DNA from: an uncultured Pseudomonadota bacterium | Lineage (GTDB): Bacteria; Myxococcota_A; UBA796; UBA2385 | Assembly: GCA_913044235.1 (NCBI GenBank) | Contig: CAJWOS010000001.1 | Span: forward strand, 1 to 47,495 | Direction of reading: 5' to 3' | Length of the DNA stretch: 47,495 bases | Shown here: positions 39,076 to 46,810 of the stretch, one piece after another | How positions within the stretch are numbered: the stretch's first letter is position 1 | Layout: the number at the start of each line of letters is the position of its first letter | The notes under the pieces: generated by a model | What the model was told of the DNA's origin: nothing | Database searches by the model: none | The model's input: the letters and a program-made list of their open reading frames with translations, nothing else | Translations under genes and position numbers: made by a program

Positions 39076-41610
39076 GTGGCTGAAAACCAGTCCGAGCTGG
39101 GGGCGGTGCAGAACCCCGCAGAAGTCGTCGAACCGAGTGCAGAACCTTGGGGCCCCTACCTGGTCACTCTTGTCCAGCTTGCGCTCGCTGGTGTTGCGAT
39201 CTTCTTGTTGGAGCTGGAGCAGCGCGCAGGTCTGCCCCAGCTGATCCCTGTGGTCGTGGTGGCATTCGCCATCCATGCACGCGCACCGATGCGCTACCGC
39301 CCCGCACTGTTTGTGCTCGCCTCGATCGCCGGGCTCTTCGCGGTGATGAAGGAGGATGCGGTCTGGGTGCTCGGTGCCGGAACGGTGCTGTTCGGGCTTT
39401 GCTCCCTGCCGGTGAAGGTGTGGGCACGGGCGGTACTCGTGGTGGGCGCCGCCGCGGCGTTGTCGCTGTACCGCATCGACGGCACCTTTGGCTGGACCGC
39501 AGCGGCCCTGCCCGTGCTGGGCGGGATGTTTATGTACCGCGGCATTGTGTTCCTGTTCGACGAAAACGCCTCGGGTCGTCAGTCCACACTGGCCCAGCGG
39601 TTCGGCTACTTTTTTATGTTGCCCGCGGTCTGCTTCCCCCTGTTCCCGGTGGTCGACTACCGATTGTGGCGCACGCAGTACTTCCGCGGTGAAGTTGCGG
39701 AGCTGTATCAGAAAGGCATCGGCTGGATCATCCGAGGGCTGATGCAGATGGTGCTGTATCGCGTGATCTACCACTTCCTGGTGCTGCCGGAGTGGGAGAT
39801 TGTGGACAGCACATCGGCCCTGCGGGCCATGGCCACCGTCTACCCCACCTACCTGCGCATCTCGGGGCAGTTCCACGTCATCGTGGGTGTGCTGCTCCTG
39901 TTTGGCTACAACCTTCCCGAGACCAACCGCCGCTACTTTTTTGCCACTTCCTTCCTCGATCTCTGGCGCCGAGCCAACATCTACTGGAAGGACTTCATGC
40001 AGAAGGTGGTGTTCTTTCCCTTCTTCCTGCGGCTTCGTCGGATGGGCGCGCCCAAGCCGATGATCCTCGCCATCGCGCTCACGTTCATCGCCACCTGGTT
40101 CCTGCACTCCTACCAGTGGTTCTGGCTGCGGGGCGATTTCCCGCTCACGATCCAAGACGCGGTGTTCTGGACGGTCATCGGCACCTTTGTGGCGATCGAC
40201 TCGGTTCGTGAGACCAAGCGTCCTCGTCGGCGCGGCGCGGCCGCATCGGGCTTTGTGGTGTCTGAGGCCGCCATCCATGTGATGAAAGTGGTGTGGATGT
40301 TCACCGCGATGTGTGCGCTGTGGTCGTTCTGGACCGCCCCGAGCCTCGAGATCTGGGGTGAGCTCGTCTCGCTGCTGGGCCAGGACTTTGAGTGGGTGTT
40401 CTGGTACCTGGGCGCGGTCGCGCTCGCTTTGGCGGTGGGGATCCCCGGACTGTACTTCTCCACCCGTGGGCCGAAGGGCTGGGACGGACTCTTCCCACCG
40501 GTCACCGTACGCACGTCGGCACCGGTCTTGGCCGGCTTGCTGGCCCTCGGTCTGCTGCCGCGGGCAGGGCTGGTCGAAGGGGATCGTGCCGAGGTCTTGG
40601 CCGCGCTCACCACGCAGAAGCTCAACCAGCAAGACGCGCTCACACAGGTGCGGGGCTACTACGAAAACCTCCTCGTGCGAAACGGCATGATGTCCGAGCT
40701 GGCGATGGCCGATGTCGGTCGTCCCGAGGTGTGGTCCACACTCAGCAATCCCGAGCACACCCGCAAGACCAACGACCTGCGGGGCAGCGAGCTGATGCCC
40801 AACGTCACGGCGGTCCACCGCGGCGAGACCTTCTCCACCAATCAGTGGGGCATGCGCGACAAGGAATACACGAAGAAGAAGCCCGCGGGCACCTTCCGGA
40901 TCGCCCTGCTTGGCTCCAGCTACGCCATGGGCGTGGGCGTGAAAGACAAGCACGTCTTCGAGAACCTGGTGGAAGACTGGCTCAACGACCGGTACGCCGG
41001 TGGCAAGTATGAGCGGTACGAGATTCTGAACTTTGCCAAAGAAGGCTACCTGTTGATCAGCACGGTCGGACAGTGCATGGAGATGGTGCCTTCGTTTGAG
41101 CCCGATCTCGTGATCCTGATCGACCATGCGATGCAGCCGAAGCGACTGGCGAAGCGGATGTCGCGCTCCGACGACCAGGTGAAGTTCTACCCGAAGCCCT
41201 GGCTCAACGAGTGGCTGGAGCGCAACGGCGTGACGGCCGGAACCAACGATCGCGAGGATCGCGAGCAGATGTGGGTGTCGTCGGCCGAGCTGCCGGGCAA
41301 CTTCCTGCGGGATGCCGTAGAGCTCTGCACCCGCGATGGCGCGAAGGCGGCCTGGATGTGGCTGCCGGTCAACAAGCCGTCGCACCCCGAGTATGCCGAG
41401 GTGCGCACTTCGCAGAAAGCCGTCGCAGAAAGCCTCGACATGGTCACACTCACGTTGGACGGAGCCTATGGCGATCACACCGTCGACGAGCTGTCGATTG
41501 CATCCTGGGATGAGCACCCCAACCCGCTTGGTCACCGACTGCTCGCAGACGCGATGATGCGGCAGCTGGAGCAGAACAGCGAAGCTCTGGGCCTGGGCTT
41601 GCGAAAGTAG
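39076..41610 (+). CDS. fused MBOAT-like polytopic acyltransferase :: periplasmic SGNH/DltD-like domain
   Basis: 844 aa, GTG start with GGAG 7 nt upstream. N-terminal half is MBOAT-like (MFMYRGIVFLFDE...FFMLPAVCFPLFPVVDY...RISGQFHVIVGVLLLFGYNLPETNRRYFFATSFLDLWRRANIYWKDF). Extra TM helices follow. C-terminal SGNH blocks are FRIALLGSSYAMG (block I Ser) and SWDEHPNPLGH (block V D..H). Confidence 0.75.
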   Translation: MAENQSELGAVQNPAEVVEPSAEPWGPYLVTLVQLALAGVAIFLLELEQRAGLPQLIPVVVVAFAIHARAPMRYRPALFVLASIAGLFAVMKEDAVWVLGAGTVLFGLCSLPVKVWARAVLVVGAAAALSLYRIDGTFGWTAAALPVLGGMFMYRGIVFLFDENASGRQSTLAQRFGYFFMLPAVCFPLFPVVDYRLWRTQYFRGEVAELYQKGIGWIIRGLMQMVLYRVIYHFLVLPEWEIVDSTSALRAMATVYPTYLRISGQFHVIVGVLLLFGYNLPETNRRYFFATSFLDLWRRANIYWKDFMQKVVFFPFFLRLRRMGAPKPMILAIALTFIATWFLHSYQWFWLRGDFPLTIQDAVFWTVIGTFVAIDSVRETKRPRRRGAAASGFVVSEAAIHVMKVVWMFTAMCALWSFWTAPSLEIWGELVSLLGQDFEWVFWYLGAVALALAVGIPGLYFSTRGPKGWDGLFPPVTVRTSAPVLAGLLALGLLPRAGLVEGDRAEVLAALTTQKLNQQDALTQVRGYYENLLVRNGMMSELAMADVGRPEVWSTLSNPEHTRKTNDLRGSELMPNVTAVHRGETFSTNQWGMRDKEYTKKKPAGTFRIALLGSSYAMGVGVKDKHVFENLVEDWLNDRYAGGKYERYEILNFAKEGYLLISTVGQCMEMVPSFEPDLVILIDHAMQPKRLAKRMSRSDDQVKFYPKPWLNEWLERNGVTAGTNDREDREQMWVSSAELPGNFLRDAVELCTRDGAKAAWMWLPVNKPSHPEYAEVRTSQKAVAESLDMVTLTLDGAYGDHTVDELSIASWDEHPNPLGHRLLADAMMRQLEQNSEALGLGLRK

Positions 41611-41826
41611 TGCACGGCAGGAATGGGGTCGGCTCGGTCCCCCACGGAGTGGCGGCGTGCCATTCCCGCTGGGTGGGGTGCTGGGCGATGAAGGGACGAT
41701 GAGCAGCCCGAGCCTGCCATTCACAAAGTCTGCTGCAAAAATCGGTACGATGTTGGGATATAGTTTGTACTGCCACAAAGGGGTGCGCTGATAGCTGACC
41801 GCACCCGAACACATGCGAGTTGCACC

Positions 41827-43368
41827 ATGCATGACGTCATCATTCTCGGTTCTGGTTTCTCGGGGACCATCCTCGGCGCGATTCTCGCCCGGCACGGGCA
41901 CGATGTGCTGCTTGTCGACGCTGGCCAGCACCCTCGCTTCGCGATCGGTGAGTCCACCATCCCGCAGACGTCGCAGGTGCTTTCTCTCCTGGCGCGGGAG
42001 TACAAGGTGCCCGAGCTCGATAAGATCGGTCTCGACTCGCCCTTCGGCGCACGTGAGGTCGCCGGTCCCTCCTCGGGCATCAAGAAGATCTTCGGCTTCG
42101 TCTACCATGGGCTCGGCGAAGAGCACAAGTCGGAGGAAGCGCAGCAGTTCGGGAACGTGTGGCGCGACGAAAATCACCTCTATCGGCCAGATGTGGACCT
42201 CTGGCTCTTCAACGTTGCGAAGAAGTATGGCTGCAAGGCTCTGGAGAACACGCGGGCTGACTCGGTGGAGATCGACGATGATGGAGTCACTGTTCATGCC
42301 GGCGGCGAGGTGCATCGTGCGCGCTACATCGTAGACAGCACCGGGGTGCGCAGTGTGCTGGCGAACCACTTTGGCCTTCGGCACGAGGAGCCCAACCAGC
42401 GGCTCAAGTCGCAGGCGATGTTCACCCACATGAAGGGCGTGAAGAACTTCGAAGATGTGGCTGAGAGCGAGATGTCGCACAGCTGGACCGACGGTACGCT
42501 CCACCACCTCTTCGACGGTGGCTGGATCTACGTGATCCCGTTCGACAACTGGGAAGGCGGCACCAACCATGTGTACAGCGTGGGCATGGCGTGGGATCCG
42601 GAGCGGCACAGCCCGAAGGACTTCAAGTCGTTCCTCGCGGAGCAGCTGCCCAGCGTGGCGCGGCAGTTTGCGGATGCTGAGCCTGTGCGCCCGTGGATCA
42701 AGACTGGCCGGATCCAGTACTCGTCCACACAGTCGGTTGGGCGTCGGTGGGCACTCTCCGCCCACGCCTCGGCCTTCGTCGACCCCATGTTCTCCCGCGG
42801 CCTCATCGGCGCGGTGGAAGTCATTCGGTCGCTGCTGCCACCCCTTCTCGGTGCACTCGAAGATGACAACTTCGAAGTGGAGCGCTTCGCACCGGTGCAG
42901 AAGCTTCAGGACCGCATGCTCGCTTACGCCGACCGCCTGGTGTGGGCGTCGTATGTGTCGTGGCGCGACTTCGACCTGTGGAACGCGTGGTACCGCGTGT
43001 GGGTGGTCGGCACGATGATGATCGAGACCAACCTCGGGTCGGTCATGCTGATGGGCCGCTTCAGCCGCCACCGTGCGCCCGAAGATCCGATCTCCACCGA
43101 GTTTGAAGATCCAGGCTTCAAGCCCTTCTTCAACCGCTGCTTCGCCATCATGGAGCGCGTCGACGCCGGTGAGCTGAGCTACAAAGACGCGGCCGCTGCG
43201 CTCTGGGCGGAAGTCGAGGGCTACGAGGTCGAGATCACCCTGCCCGACTACATGAAGGGCCAGGAGTACGCGGTGAAGAGCCCTCACGTGCGCGACATGT
43301 TCTTCGGCGACGTCGAGCAGCACGCCAGCTGGGTGGCCGGTCAGGAAGGCGCGATGGCCAGCAAGTAG
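41827..43368 (+). CDS. FAD-dependent halogenase-like oxidoreductase (PltA/tryptophan-halogenase family)
   Basis: 513 aa. GxGxxG VIILGSGFSGTILG; FAIGESTIP; Lys pair GIKKIFG; GGWIYVIPF, a degenerate WxWxIP; second FAD motif SAFVDPMFSRG. Confidence 0.7.
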   Translation: MHDVIILGSGFSGTILGAILARHGHDVLLVDAGQHPRFAIGESTIPQTSQVLSLLAREYKVPELDKIGLDSPFGAREVAGPSSGIKKIFGFVYHGLGEEHKSEEAQQFGNVWRDENHLYRPDVDLWLFNVAKKYGCKALENTRADSVEIDDDGVTVHAGGEVHRARYIVDSTGVRSVLANHFGLRHEEPNQRLKSQAMFTHMKGVKNFEDVAESEMSHSWTDGTLHHLFDGGWIYVIPFDNWEGGTNHVYSVGMAWDPERHSPKDFKSFLAEQLPSVARQFADAEPVRPWIKTGRIQYSSTQSVGRRWALSAHASAFVDPMFSRGLIGAVEVIRSLLPPLLGALEDDNFEVERFAPVQKLQDRMLAYADRLVWASYVSWRDFDLWNAWYRVWVVGTMMIETNLGSVMLMGRFSRHRAPEDPISTEFEDPGFKPFFNRCFAIMERVDAGELSYKDAAAALWAEVEGYEVEITLPDYMKGQEYAVKSPHVRDMFFGDVEQHASWVAGQEGAMASK

Positions 43369-43398
43369 ACGCTGGCTTCGTGCTGACCCGCACCGATT

Positions 43399-43439
43399 CG
43401 CCGCCTTCAGGCTTGCTGGAGGCGGCGTTTTGGTTTGTT
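43399..43439 (+). terminator. rho-independent terminator
   Basis: CGCCGCCTTCAG-GCTTG-CTGGAGGCGGCG (12-bp stem with one G.U wobble) followed by TTTTGGTTTGTT, 30 nt after the halogenase-like stop. Confidence 0.85.
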
Positions 43440-43520
43440 GGACTTGCATGCCCACGCGCAGGGGCGTGGAGAGGGTGGGTCGGTGCTCAGGGCGCCCACG
43501 CCGCTTCGCAGACGAGCCAG

Positions 43521-43535
43521 CAGTGTGCCACACTG
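43521..43535. promoter_or_regulatory. perfect 15-bp palindrome CAGTGTG-C-CACACTG immediately upstream of the EEP gene start
   Basis: Read directly. It ends 6 nt before ATG 43542, so it could be an operator half-site pair or an RBS-occluding hairpin. Confidence 0.25.
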
Positions 43536-43541
43536 TCCACC

Positions 43542-44420
43542 ATGCGCGACCCACTCCGATTCCTGCCTCTCTCGCTGGGGCTCCTTGCATGCGCCTCGCC
43601 CCCGCCGGACAAGGCGCCTGTCGATGATGTGATTCCCACCGAGGGCACGCTCCGGGTGCTCACCTACAACGTGGCAGGCTTGCCGGACGGCTTGTCGTCG
43701 GCCGATGGGGATCTGCTCGACCGCATGCCGGCGATCCAACCACTCCTGTCGGACTACGATCTCGTGGGTCTCCAGGAAGACTTTGACGAGATCGGCCACG
43801 CCGCACTCACCGAGGACACCCCACACGCCGAGGTGCGGTGGTTTTCCGCTCCGCTCAATGACCGGCGCTACTATGGCTCGGGCTTGTCTCTGCTGCTGCC
43901 CCAGCCGGCGGTCGAATACCAGGAAGAGCACTACACCGATTGCAACGGAGTGCTTGATGCAGCCTCGGACTGCCTCGCCTCGAAGGGCTTCCAGACCGCG
44001 ATGCTCACGCTCGGGGGTGAGTCACTGCAGGTGCTGAACACCCACCATGAGGCGGGTGGAGGAGATGCCGACGAAGCCGCGCGCCGCACCCAGGTCGACC
44101 AGGTGATCGCTGCCGTGGATTCCTATGGCGAAGGCCAGGCATTTTTGCTGACGGGCGACTTCAACCTCCGGCCGGGCGATCCAGCCGATGAAGCCAACCT
44201 GGCGCAGTACGACGACGCGGGGCTGCTGCGGGCCTGCGATCTGGTGGACTGCCCTGAGCCGAACCACATCGACCACATCCGTGTGCGCAGCTCGACCACC
44301 CTCACGCTCGAGGTGCTGGAGTGGTCGCGCTCCGAGGAGTTCGTGTCGGCATCAGGCGTGGACTTGTCCGATCATCCGCCGATCGAGGCGGTCATTGCGT
44401 GGTCGGTGGTGGCTGACTGA
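43542..44420 (+). CDS. endonuclease/exonuclease/phosphatase (EEP) family lipoprotein
   Basis: Lipobox LGLLAC. EEP catalytic motifs: LRVLTYNVAGL, LVGLQEDF, LLTGDFNLRP, DHIRV, SDHPPIEA. Confidence 0.8.
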   Translation: MRDPLRFLPLSLGLLACASPPPDKAPVDDVIPTEGTLRVLTYNVAGLPDGLSSADGDLLDRMPAIQPLLSDYDLVGLQEDFDEIGHAALTEDTPHAEVRWFSAPLNDRRYYGSGLSLLLPQPAVEYQEEHYTDCNGVLDAASDCLASKGFQTAMLTLGGESLQVLNTHHEAGGGDADEAARRTQVDQVIAAVDSYGEGQAFLLTGDFNLRPGDPADEANLAQYDDAGLLRACDLVDCPEPNHIDHIRVRSSTTLTLEVLEWSRSEEFVSASGVDLSDHPPIEAVIAWSVVAD

Positions 44421-44517
44421 GGGTGTGTGGTGTCGCATTTGGCGCGCGAAGCGGCCGCTCGAGGGTAGGGTCTGCACGAACGCAGCCCCCTCTGCACACT
44501 GTCCTGGAGAGACACCC

Positions 44518-44910
44518 ATGACCGAAGTGCCCGCGCACGATCTCGCTGCCCTCAACGCCTACATCGACGGGTGGCGTCGTGGGGATGCCAAAGCCATCCA
44601 TCGGGTGCAGGCGCCTGCCTACCACCTCAGTGGTGTGCCCGGTGTGCCGCCGGTACCCCGTGAGGCCTTCGTGGAATTTTTCGGTGCGTTCCGGGCCCAG
44701 ATCGCCGATGCCGGTGGTCCGGCGGTCGACAGCACCGCCTTCATGGAAATCCATGGTCAGATCCGCCGGCAGGTGGGCGACACCACGGTGGAGTCTGCGC
44801 TGTTCGTGGTGCCGGGCTTCGGGGCGGGTACCTACGCAGCGGCGGTGCGCGATGGGCAGATTCTGTGGGAAGAAGCCTGCATGCTGGCTCTGAAGATCGA
44901 AGCCGGCTGA
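44518..44910 (+). CDS. NTF2-like/SnoaL-like small protein
   Basis: 130 aa. LNAYIDGWRRGDAKAI... is typical of a SnoaL-like N-terminus. GGAGA lies upstream of ATG 44518. Confidence 0.5.
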   Translation: MTEVPAHDLAALNAYIDGWRRGDAKAIHRVQAPAYHLSGVPGVPPVPREAFVEFFGAFRAQIADAGGPAVDSTAFMEIHGQIRRQVGDTTVESALFVVPGFGAGTYAAAVRDGQILWEEACMLALKIEAG

Positions 44911-44947
44911 AGACGGCCGGCCCCCGCCCAGGTTCCCCCGTGGGGCC

Positions 44948-46603
44948 TTAGGGGTTGTGTCCTGGCAGGCGTGCGATCAAGTCGGCGGCTGACTCCAGTC
45001 GAGGCCTTGGCTTGGGCGGGAAGGGCGTGGTGCCGCTGAGCACCTGGGCACACCAGTACACGGTGCGCTGCTGGAAGGCCTCGAGCCAGTCGGTGAGGTC
45101 GGCGCTTTGGCTCACGAGATCGCGGTAGGCACGCAGCGCTGTGGTGAGCTCGGCAACCCAAGGATGGCCCCCCGGACCGAACACTCCGGCTTCGCTCGAC
45201 CGCTGCACGGCCTTCTCCAGCAGCTGCACGGAGGCAGAGATCCACGGCAAGGCCTCGGCATCCTGGCCCCCGCTGCGCACCGCGAGCGTGGCCCCATGCA
45301 CCAGGCGTGCGGCCGCTTCGCCCATCCAGATGTCGCCGTAGTTTACTGCCCAGCCCCAGCCGTCCTGGAGGTCTGCCGCTCGATGGAAGGTGTCGGCGGC
45401 TGTGACCCACTCGCCGTCGATCATCTGCTGCATCCCATCGATCCACAGGAAGCGCGCAGCCTCGAGGCGCCGCTTGCTGTAGCAGCCCGCGAGGTTCTGC
45501 TCCGCCATGCGGCGCACGTTTGGATCGCTGAACGTGAGGGCATGGCCCAGGTACAGCTCACACTCGAACAGGGTGTTTTCGAGCAGCTTGTGCACGTTCA
45601 TGTGGAAGCCGCCGAGCCAGAGCCACCACTGGCCACCATCGAGGCGGGGGTGTTGCTCGAGCAGGGACCGGAGGCGGTCCAGTGCGGCCAGGATCTGATC
45701 GCATGTGCGGCGGTTGCTGAGGGCCTGGCGCTCCCACAAGGCCCAGGTGTCGCTGATGTCATGCAGCAGGCGCTCGGCAGTTGTGCGGGCTTCCTGCTGG
45801 GTCTCCTCGAAGGCTGCACGGTCGAATTCGGCAGGCGCTGTGTTGCCCTCCACCACGAAGGCGATCTCCATGCGCACGATGCCCACGGCGGGATCGTCCC
45901 AGCGGGCCGTGCTCACGGCCACGAACTCGACCGCATAGGTGTCGCTCCGGTGCGGATCGAATTGCACCGTGCCGGTGAGCCCGCCGTCGTCTGAAAAGCG
46001 CAAGCCGGGTGGGAGCCGCACGAGCATGGGACTCTGCAGGAATCCCTCACCGCTTCCGGATGTGGCTCCAGGCGGATGGTGCACGGTGTCGCCCACCTGG
46101 AGTGTGCCGAGGTCGAACCCGCACTGCGTCACGGGGATGCCGTTGCGGGCGGCGCAGCGGTAGTGCTCGCTGTACAGCTCGGCGGCCGACCAGTGCTGGG
46201 GACACGGACCGCAGCACTCACACTGGCCGCTGCGGTAGCCGGGGCTGCCGGGAGCAGCCTCGGCGCTGGAGCAGTCGAGCCCGGTGCGGGCGCGCATCTG
46301 GGGTGCCGCAGGCGCAGGAAGGTCTCCTGCGGCGTCCGGGTCGGGCGGGAGTGCGGCGAGCGCATCCGGCCGGCGAGCGATGCGGCGGTCCTCGGGGGTG
46401 GCCTCACGACAGTACCGGGGGTCGTCTCTCGGCACGTAGATGAGCTTTTGGTCGGCCTCCAGGAGAACCTGGTAGGGGACCACCTGACCGGCGGGCCACT
46501 CGGGCTCGCGGTAGTGCAGCGCGATGATCCGACCAAGCTTCCAGCCGCTTGGGCCGAAGTTGCACAGGACGGTGGCACCGACGGCGAAGCGAAGCTCGGG
46601 CAT
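44948..46603 (-). CDS. hypothetical protein (SH3/Tudor-like N-terminal module, Cys cluster, putative Ig-like segment, helical C-terminal domain)
   Basis: 551 aa from ATG 46603 (MPELRFAVGATVLCNFGPSGWKLGRIIALHY...). QCECCGPCPQHW Cys cluster. LPPGLRFSDDGGLTGTVQ resembles the putative-Ig (He_PIG-type) motif. The ORF-track extension to 47113 is R/S-rich. Confidence 0.6.
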   Translation of the reverse strand: MPELRFAVGATVLCNFGPSGWKLGRIIALHYREPEWPAGQVVPYQVLLEADQKLIYVPRDDPRYCREATPEDRRIARRPDALAALPPDPDAAGDLPAPAAPQMRARTGLDCSSAEAAPGSPGYRSGQCECCGPCPQHWSAAELYSEHYRCAARNGIPVTQCGFDLGTLQVGDTVHHPPGATSGSGEGFLQSPMLVRLPPGLRFSDDGGLTGTVQFDPHRSDTYAVEFVAVSTARWDDPAVGIVRMEIAFVVEGNTAPAEFDRAAFEETQQEARTTAERLLHDISDTWALWERQALSNRRTCDQILAALDRLRSLLEQHPRLDGGQWWLWLGGFHMNVHKLLENTLFECELYLGHALTFSDPNVRRMAEQNLAGCYSKRRLEAARFLWIDGMQQMIDGEWVTAADTFHRAADLQDGWGWAVNYGDIWMGEAAARLVHGATLAVRSGGQDAEALPWISASVQLLEKAVQRSSEAGVFGPGGHPWVAELTTALRAYRDLVSQSADLTDWLEAFQQRTVYWCAQVLSGTTPFPPKPRPRLESAADLIARLPGHNP

Positions 46604-46810
46604 GGATCTCTCGCAGGGAGCGGGGTGGGGGCCTTCTACCCTGGGTGATCCCACCGGGTGGGTGCAGACGAGGATGGAGGGGTGAATCCGTGCTGGCCGA
46701 GCGGTCGATGGATGGATGGTGCCGGTGTCGATGAGGGGCCAGCGGACAGGCAGTGTCCGCTGTGTGCGTTCATGATCGTCTACACGTTCCCTCGCCTTCG
46801 GAGGTTCATC

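Noticed and set aside
35861-41610. Calling the locus a canonical dltABCD operon for teichoic-acid D-alanylation.
   Set aside because: - The host shows diderm features (RND adaptor, many lipoproteins).
- B and D are fused and divergent from A and C.
- An ACAD and a halogenase-like gene are integrated.
- Cargo and acceptor are therefore probably different. Only the mechanism class is inferred.
35861-43368. Calling the locus an NRPS/PKS natural-product cluster.
   Set aside because: No condensation, KS, AT or TE domains, and no further modules, occur in or around the locus. The only plausible off-loading enzyme is the membrane MBOAT::SGNH protein.
39046-43590. A 1514-codon ORF on the minus strand, spanning both the MBOAT::SGNH and halogenase-like genes and the spacer between them.
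   Set aside because: - This is a classic antisense shadow ORF of high-GC3 genes. The two + strand genes share the same frame (39076 and 41827 are both 1 mod 3), so the stop-free antisense frame simply continues.
- The translation is H/R/V/L/E-rich with no recognisable motif.
- The sense proteins carry clear MBOAT, SGNH and FAD motifs, RBSs and a terminator.
44919-44947. A GC-rich hairpin between the convergent NTF2-like and 551-aa genes (GGCCCC...GGGGCC), and a similar imperfect one at about 35825-35855, considered as terminators.
   Set aside because: The stems are short or imperfect and have no U-tract on either strand. They cannot be distinguished from chance structure in GC-rich DNA.
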